Source: the human T2T-CHM13v2.0 reference genome, Homo sapiens
Strand: one strand, 5' to 3'
Assembly: GCF_009914755.1 (NCBI RefSeq)
Contig: NC_060930.1
DNA length: 64,000 bases
In this document: positions 54,974 through 64,000 of the stretch, piece after piece
Position numbering within the stretch: position 1 is the stretch's first letter
Layout: the number at the start of each line of letters is the position of its first letter
The notes under the pieces: model-generated
The model's database searches: none
Told to the model about the DNA's origin: nothing
Seen by the model: the letters and a program-made list of their open reading frames with translations, nothing else
Translations under genes and position numbers: made by a program

Positions 54974-55429
54974 TATAGAACAAACACTGAAAGGGTTTGT
55001 ACAATTTCATACCAAGGTGAAAACTTTGTAGTATCCTAGGCTAATATCACTTTAAGAGGTAGTGTCACAATATTAGGATTTGTAATCCTGATATTTACAC
55101 ATCCAGATTTAGTATTTCATAAAGTAACTTGGGGATATATATTGAAGATAACTTTTGTAAAGTCTTGGCTCAACTGTAAAGGAAAAAGTTATTCTTAAAA
55201 TTAGGGTAAAACACAATTATCTAAATATATCAAACTGAACACTTAAGAACTCAACTCTTTTTCGTGTAAATTATGTGACAATTACAAAAAAATAAATTGA
55301 AGCAATATAAATGAACTTTTCTTTTGCTACACATCTACACTTATGCTTCTAAATAATAACAATATACCCTTTTCAAATGACTATTGATTTTATACTCATA
55401 TAAGCCTGATAATCAGCTAATTCTTCTAA

Positions 55430-55718
55430 GGCAGTGATTCTCAATCAACCCAAGGCAATTTTGACCCCCAGGGGTCTACTGGCATCTAGTGGGTAGAGGC
55501 CAGGCATGCTGCTAAACATCCTATAATGCAGAGGACAGCTTCCTGCAATAGAGAATTATCCCCAAATGCCAGTAGTGCTAGGGTTGAAAATTTTTTTTTT
55601 TTTTTTTGAGATGAGGTCTTGCTATGTTGCTCAGGCTGGTCTCTAACTGCTGGGCTCAAGTGATCCTCTTAACCTCCCAAGTAGCTGAGACTACAGGTGC
55701 ACATCATTGTGCTTAGCT
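55430..55718. mobile_element. MER20-like element (55430-55590) followed by an Alu monomer
   Basis: ctactggcatctagtgggtagaggccagg.atgctgctaaacatcctataatgca. Confidence 0.75.
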
Positions 55719-58163
55719 AAAAAAAAAACCTGTTCTAAAGTTATTCCTAATGATATTTATCTCTATAAGTCTGGTACTATCTTTAACTGACTGCAGTTAA
55801 CTACAAGAATTTTCAGGCGGATAACAAACAACAATACCATCAGGCATTGTCAAAAGCAAATAAAACCTGTTGCTTTGGGGAGGCATACTTACCTAGCACT
55901 ATTTGAATTTTCATTTCAGTATGAACTTTGTTTCTTCAAAAAGGAAGCTTAACTATAGATCCAGAAGAAGGTGGAGATGCATATACTAGATTTCAGAGTT
56001 TAAGAGTCCCGTTTTGTTCTGAAGGCAAACTTTTGGCTGCTCACTAAAAAGCATTACTATAACCTGTTTGAGGATTACAATTTTCCATAATTGCATTCTC
56101 TACACAGATATCAATGACACTTAGTTTAGAATGCAAACATGAAGAGACTAAAAATTATTCTCTTGATTAAAGGATTCTTTGTTGCTATTTACTTCAACAA
56201 TGCACTCAACTCTGCTGAGAAGAATGCCCAAACTGAAAAGAATCATCTTTAATCTTCAGGGTCAGTGGATTTATCTTTGATTAAGAGGGAGATATAAGAC
56301 TCAAGGAGTGTCCTATCTGCTGATGACATCTTTTGGTTGATGGTTGGCATAGAGTGTGGTTTCCGTGCTTTAAAGCTAAGCCTCATCTGGTGAGCTTGGT
56401 AAAATGCTGATGCCCAGGCCCCACTCTGAGATGCTGATTCAGTAGGTTAGGGCTGGGCCAGGAATCTGAAATTTTAAATAAACATTGCAAATTGTTCTGA
56501 TGTGGGAGATCCCCACAAAACTTTTAGAAACCCAAGTGCTAATATCTCTTCCAATGCAGGTCAGGCTATGTCACCCATGTGGTCTTCTGGGGAACTGCCC
56601 TTGCAACCCTTTCCCCTACTAGTGGGTACGCCAAAGTTTCTGAGCTTGTTATCCTTTCAATAAGGAGACAGTGCCCACAGGACCATCGGTATAGCCATAA
56701 TGACTTAATCTATTACTTTGTGTAGTGAGAAAGTTTATTCTTTGTTTTTGCTTAAATATCAACCTATCCTAGCCAAATGGAATTAAACTTTTGGATAAAG
56801 TATACCTAGGTAGTCACCTTAGCAGAAGGCCATTTGTAGGCAAGCATTTATCTTACCTATCAGTCAGCAGTGGCTCATTAAATAAACTGATTAATTGAAT
56901 CATTCAATTACATATAATTTGGTAGGCGTCTGAATATAAGATATTGCAAACAGAAAGAGTACCACTGACCTTTGAAAACCATTGGGATTGTTGTATCTAA
57001 CAACCATGGATGCAAGATTGATAAATATACCCTTACCTAATACTGATTGTTTTCTTGCTGTTTTTTGAATTAAACAATAATATGTCAAAGGTTGCCTGCC
57101 ACATAAATAACTTCTGATGGATGTCATTGTTTTATTTATTGAGTTTAGCAGAAATAGGAGCAATTTCAGATTTGCCTAGGTAGTAAATATCTTTCAAAGC
57201 AAGAATGTACGAAGGCAGTAGCATATACATGTATATCCATACATACAAATCATCCTAGAATTTTAAACCAGAAAGGATTCTTAGGATCATGTAGATCAAA
57301 TCTGTGTACCTCCCCAGCTCCACTTCACAGAGTAGAAAGCCAAGATTCACATAGATGACATAGCAAGTGAGTAGGTGGCAGAGCTGGGAATAGAACCTAG
57401 GGCTTCTGACTCTTAGAGAGATCTGCTAAAACTCCCAGGCTCCCCACTTGGAAGAGAGGCTGATAGATATAGACAAACAGGAATTGATAATGGTGTGATT
57501 TAGCTGCCTCTAAAGGTAAATATTTTCTAGGTGGCACCAATAACTCCTGATAGTGCCCAGAACAAGGGGGTGATAGTCAGCCTCATTGGACCACCAGTGA
57601 ACTATGGGGTTCAGGGCTGGGTGTCAGGGACACTGACAAAGTAGTGCACATCTAGGGGAGAGAGGATAAAATGGCACCCGAAAACCATGCCATATGAGGG
57701 AGAGTGGAAAGAGCCAAGGGCTTGAGAGAGATTGAGGGAGGCGCTGAGACAGCGGTCTTTTGGTAGTTATAAGGCCTTCATGAAGAAGTTTACGGGGCAC
57801 CAAGTGTTATGTGGAACCAGAGTGTAAAGTTAGACAAACATGAAGTTTTTTGTAGGGCTAGTTTGATTGATAGTTTATCTCTAAGCACTCTACACTGAGG
57901 CTGGAAGTAACTGTGCCTGTTACTTAGCACTTAATAAATGTTTGTGGAACTGAGGTAGAGTCAAAACTGTGCTGGGCCATCAGGCCTTCCATTCTTATTG
58001 TTCCTCCATCTTTAGTGCCCACTTGATGACGTAATTGCTAGTCAGCTTAGGAGTCAATTGGATAGGAAGTTCTCCACGCACTAGATACTACGCTCAGCCC
58101 AAAGGTGTATTTGATTAGCAACAGAACTGAAAAACAGGCAATGAGAACAGGAATTTCAGTTAC

Positions 58164-58217
58164 CTTACTTATATGAAACTCCAGGCGTCTCATGTATCTT
58201 TCAATTGTTTTAATTTG
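58164..58217 (-). CDS. RIPOR2: RIPOR2 exon QIKTIERYMRRLEFHISK
   Basis: CAG/GTAACT, 54 nt. Confidence 0.94.
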
Positions 58218-58386
58218 CTGGAATTAAAAGAAGTTTGAAAAAGTACAGTCATTTATAGTTCAATTGACTTAGGCTTGTGAGAATATCTTGATTATATCAT
58301 ACTCAAAAGTATTAGAAAATCCAATATATTTCCCCTTTCCTTCTATCTTTGAAGCTATTTTAGAGATTCTCTAATACCAATTTGGA

Positions 58387-58727
<341 letters not shown>

Positions 58728-59574
58728 TGAACTTGAATTAGTTATCGGAATCCTTGTGTTTAACATGAAGAAAGGCCAATCCAATGGAAGTCATTAGATT
58801 CTGACAGAACAGTATCATATTGGAGTATATTTAAATTTCTCCATAATAATATATTTTGTCTTCTAAGATTGGTTTTTTTTCCCATTCACATTTTAGTGTC
58901 TTTGAAATTGGGGTGCATTTTACAATTGCTACCGGCAGACAGCTGCCTGTACAAGCTCAAAGATAATCATAGTTGTTCATGTGTCATCTCTTTGAGTTGT
59001 AATTATTATTATATGCATTTATTTGCCTTTTAAAATGTCTTCAAAAAGAACACACTATGATTCAGCATTGAAATAAAATTATTGTGCACATAGAAAGGCA
59101 TGGAGCAGCACCGTATATAAATTTTTTTAAAAAGAAAGAGAAAAAAAATCTGTGTCTAAACAGACCTAACAGTTTTCTTGATAACTATAAAATGCAAATT
59201 TTAGGTAAAATGAAACAACTGTCAGATTTTAACTGGAATCCTTTTTTTCTCTTCATGGCACATGAAATAATGGTGCATTTTCTAATCAACAATGACTCAG
59301 ATTTGATGAAGTATAGTAATTTATATTCAGAGACAACACAGGTAAAGGCCTCCAAACGCCTGGGAAGTTCTTAAACTTATAAAAACACTACAACCCAGTG
59401 GCATTTTAATGGAAGTGACCTTAAACACTTTATTTAATCTATAGATCACAGTACTTGTTCATTATCCTCATCAGACAAAAGTATGCATTTTTCCAGGATT
59501 CAAAAAACTATTAGTTCTCTAGGATTTTACTGTCTCTAAGAGGGTCTCCCATTGACTTCTCAAAGATGCAGAGT

Positions 59575-59878
59575 TTTGTTTTATTTTTTGAGACAGGGTT
59601 TTGCTCTCTCAACCCAGGCTGGAGTGCAGTGGGTGCAATCACGGCTCACTGCTGCCTCGACCTCCTGGCTTCAGGTGATCCTCCCACCTCAGCCTCCTGG
59701 GTAGCTGGGACCACAGGCACACACTACCATGCCTGGATAATGTTTTGTATTTCATTTTTTGGTAGAGATGGGATTTTGCCACATTGCCCAGGCAGGTCTC
59801 AAACTCCTAAGCTCAAGTGATCCACCCACCTCGGCCTCCCAAAGTGCTGGGATGACAGGCGTGAGCCACCGTGCCCAG
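59575..59878 (-). mobile_element. Alu (AluJ-like)
   Basis: TSD gatgcaga. Confidence 0.9.
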
Positions 59879-59932
59879 CAAGGATGCAGAATTTTTTTCT
59901 TATTAGCACCCCAACACGGAATGGCAACTTAC

Positions 59933-59956
59933 CTTGTCTAGGTCATACAGTACACC
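59933..59956 (-). CDS. RIPOR2: RIPOR2 24-nt microexon GVLYDLDK
   Basis: TTTTTTTATTGTAG|GGTGTACTGTATGACCTAGACAAG|GTAAGT. Confidence 0.93.
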
Positions 59957-60095
59957 CTACAATAAAAAAAGGAATATCTGCATTTAAACATTATCCTTCA
60001 AAAGGTTACCCATCTTAACAGAATGATTTAGCCCACATTTGCACATTATCTGTGGAAATAATGATCATCCCTACAAAATTCTACTGGATGTTTTA

Positions 60096-60156
60096 CTTTA
60101 AAAGAATAAAAACTTGGGTTATTTTGCTTTAAAAGAATAAAAACTTGGGTTATTTT
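60096..60156. repeat. Tandem duplication, period 31
   Basis: ctttaaaagaataaaaacttgggttatttt twice, 1-nt spacer. Confidence 0.95.
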
Positions 60157-60421
60157 AAATACCAGTAAGAGTACATTTAAGAGCTGACATTTATTTACAG
60201 TCTGTTTCTAGCATTGCATGCAGTCCTCCCTGCCCCTTGGGATCTCTAAAGTTTTCACTTGCTTTGAGCTCTCCCGTCCTACCTATTGAAGGGCATGTAA
60301 ATTCATGGTCATTAAAAAAAATTTAAAATAAATGGTACGAATATAAAACATAGCAGTGGCATATGTGTTAAAAAATACCTGCCTCGCTGTCTAAACAAAT
60401 AAAATTGATATTTAAGAAGAG

Positions 60422-60719
<298 letters not shown>

Positions 60720-61358
60720 TTAAGAAGAGTTCTTGAGGCTGTGATAAGCTTTTCTCAAATTGTTTTTAAAGCCAGCTCATTTCCTGTGTGCTCATAGTAT
60801 CATAGTATAATCAGTGCACTATCCTCATATCCTCTAATTGAAGGATTTTTACGGAACATGAGGTCTTGGCAGAAGCCCCTGCATTTGTTCACTGTTGTTT
60901 TCCAGGAGAGATATTTGCAGCCACTGAGGATGGTCAAGCGCATTCACCAGCTCTGAAAGCCCTGACACAGGGGTTCCACATAGATGCAGGCAATTTATAT
61001 CCTAACATCAGTAGAACATAAAAATTTTTAACATTGATAAAGCCTTGAATCTCTAAGCCTTTGAAAAGGACAACAGTATACATTTGAGCACATTTCCTAC
61101 AAAAGAAAAAGACAGCAGCTATGAATGTCTAGCTGCACCTCCTAGGACTATGTTGAGTTTTCTTGGGCTGATTTCTTGAAACAGTGAGGTATAATATGTA
61201 GAGTTGAACAAAATCATTTAAAATAGTGTAGACATTAGAACCACCTCTTCAATCACACAAGTCCTCACAGATTCATGAGAATAGAAGAAATTTGCAACAT
61301 AATATGTACTTGATCTGGTCTAAGAACTCTTAACTTCTCATGGTGGTTACTCCTTTGA

Positions 61359-61613
<255 letters not shown>

Positions 61614-61947
61614 TAGGAAAACTTCAACTTTTCATTTCCTTGTATTATTTAGGAGGGTGGTAGAGGACATTAAAAATTTTTTTCCTGATTATAAAGTTTC
61701 ATGAAGATATACATTTAAAAAATGATCTCATAAACATGCTTGGAAAATATTGAAAAGTATTAACTAGAATGCATTAAGAAGAAAACATACCCTTCTTTTT
61801 CCTTCTAAGACATACTGGGGGATGCAGATAGTACTCTGCCCCTTGGATCTGCTTTTCTCAAACATTCCTCCCCAGCCCCATCCAGTAAAAGAAGCTATTT
61901 GGCTAAAAAGAACAGTGTTAACATCATAATGACTGCATAGTACCTAC

Positions 61948-62026
61948 CAGGCGAGAGTTTCTTTTCATATCTTTTAACTGAGCTGTCAACTTGTCCAGCT
62001 CCGTCTGGTGAACCTCCAGATATTCA
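61948..62026 (-). CDS. RIPOR2: RIPOR2 exon (D)[26 protein letters not shown]
   Basis: CAG/GTAGGT, 79 nt; ORF 61924..62109. Confidence 0.95.
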
Positions 62027-62710
62027 CTGCAAAGATAAGACAAGATGTAATCGTAATCTCTGCGCCTGTTAAGTGGAATCTGGTGCTGTTGCTGACTTTT
62101 CCTTCTCAAAGGGGATTAAGAATTGAACCTTGCTCTGTAGTTGGGCAGGAGGTTTTGTATTTTCCCAGTCTTTCAACATTTTGAAAGGTCTAGCAGTGGC
62201 ACTGGATACTATCCAGCTGGGAAAGTAGAAAAGGAGAAAAAAGCTGAAAGTCGAGAAAAGAAAAACCAGTGGGGAGGCAAGGGGCAAGAGGTCTGTAGAG
62301 TCAGCCCTGGCTCTGGCCTGACAGAATTCTATCTAGTCAAATAGAACAAATAGTGAATGTCCCATTGCACACTAGGAAAGTCTTATTCTGGGTTCACAAT
62401 CCCTGTAAGATATCAGGGAGGTTTCAGAACCCTCCTTCAGCAATGTCTAGAATGGATATGTCTGTCCATCATTGTTTAAGTGAAACTCAATACTGCACAG
62501 GGTTCCAGGTCTCCATCAATGTTATGAATATGATGTGGAATACCAATATATTTCCCATCTCTGGGACTTATGTCAGGCTTCCCTAATTGTGGTACAAGAA
62601 TAAAATACCTCCTACAGAAATAGACATCTGAAAAATGATCTCATAAGACCAGCTTTTCTCTGACCCCTTGGGTCTTTCCTTAAAGTACATTATCAGGTTC
62701 AAGTTCTTAC

Positions 62711-62866
62711 TCAAGTCCATTTTTCAAGGCCCTGTAGACTTCTTCCACCCTTTTAGGCTGAGGCTCTTTGGGGGGATTGTTGTTTTTGTGGCCTAAATTG
62801 TGCATTTTCTTCAGTTTGGCCTGAGGCTTCTTGAGAGCGGAGGAATTTTCAATGAAGGAGTTACAC
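62711..62866 (-). CDS. RIPOR2: RIPOR2 exon (R)[14 protein letters not shown]...ALKNGL(D); first coding exon within the window
   Basis: TAG/GTAAGA, 156 nt; ORF 62707..62922. Confidence 0.95.
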
Positions 62867-62939
62867 CTATGGAAAGAACAGAAGAAATTGTGAGGATTGG
62901 GCATCCAAAAGGATTTGACCAAAGAAAAATGTCTTCTAT

Positions 62940-63477
62940 TATTTACTTGTTTGTTTTAGAGACAAAGTCTTCTTCTGTCATCCAGGCTGGAGTATGGTGG
63001 TGTGATCATAGCTCACTGCAGCCTTGAACTCCTGGACTCATGAGCTCAAGTGATCCTCAGCCTCCCAAGTAGCATGTGCCACCACACCCAGCTAAATAGT
63101 TTGTTGTTGTTTAAAGAGAGGGGGTCTCAGTTTGGTGCCCAGGGCAAAGTGCAGTGGTCCAATCATAGCTCACTGCAGCCTTGAACTCCTGGGCTCAAGT
63201 GGTCCTCCTGCCTCAGCCTCCCGAGGTACTGGGACCACAGGCATGCACCACCACACCTGGCTAATTTTTTTTTTCTTTGTAGAGATAGGGTCTAGCTTCA
63301 GGCAATCCTCCTGCTGTGGCCTCTCAAAGTGCTGGGATAATTTTTTAAAACATTTTTTGTAGAGATGGGGTCTTGCTATGTTGCCCAGGCTGGTCTTGAT
63401 CTCTTGGCTTCAAGCAATCCTCCAGCCTTAGACTCTCAAAGTGCTGGGATTACAGGCATGAGCCACTGTGCCTGACC
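62940..63477 (-). mobile_element. Mosaic of partial AluJ-like arms
   Basis: At least three truncated arms in series. Confidence 0.8.
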
Positions 63478-64000
63478 AAGAAATGTCTTTGTAATCATCT
63501 TGTGTTCACACTAGTGTCCTTTGCAGAAGGTAATGTTCCCAGATCTGAGCCATCCTGCATTTAGTTTCTTAGTATTAGATTTGTTAACTGCTGAAACCTG
63601 AAAGCTCTGTTGGGCAGAGGCTACCTAGAGTCAAAGTCTGGCTTCAGGGAATGTGTATTCTGAGTGGAAATGTATTGCTTTTCTAAAACATCATAGGAAG
63701 CTAAGGGCAAAGAGTTCCAGGTGGACATAATAAACAGGCAGAAGGATATAATCCAACTAAAAAGATACATGCACTATGCAATTTTAGGTACAAGTGTCTA
63801 TGAAATTCAACGAGGATGTGAATAAATTCTTTTCGATAAGGGACCATAAGCATGACAAATAGCTAATTCTATATGACATTAAAATACACGTAGCTTTTTT
63901 AAAAGCTTTATTTTTAGGAAGCAAATTACTGATTAGGTATAACTTATAAAATTTCAACATCTCTAGTAGTGCCAGGGATACAGCTTGCAGCGGTAAGATG

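Overview
Human (primate) genomic DNA rich in Alu, L1, MIR and DNA-transposon relics. It carries most of RIPOR2 (FAM65B, a RHOA-interacting polarity regulator) on the minus strand. I reconstructed 21 GT-AG coding exons from 62866 down to the TAA stop at 1516-1518. Phases are consistent throughout, and lengths match residues 34-1068 of the 1068-aa isoform (numbering from memory). The first coding exons lie beyond the right edge, and the 3' UTR appears to run off the left edge. Nearly all short ORFs in the track are Alu-derived or antisense shadows. No prokaryote-type system, CRISPR array or RNA gene was seen. Main observations: (1) a C-terminal isoform switch after the 693-nt exon, using a 19-nt frameshifting microexon and an 'AAG TAG' exon taken from an antisense L1 3' end; (2) a ~160-bp inverted templated copy inserted into an Alu; (3) a ~190-bp duplicated segment bracketed by fold-back palindromes; (4) a 150-nt cassette exon with RBFOX-type motifs and a repeated SFSDLP motif. 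Repeat boundaries and subfamily calls are by eye and approximate.
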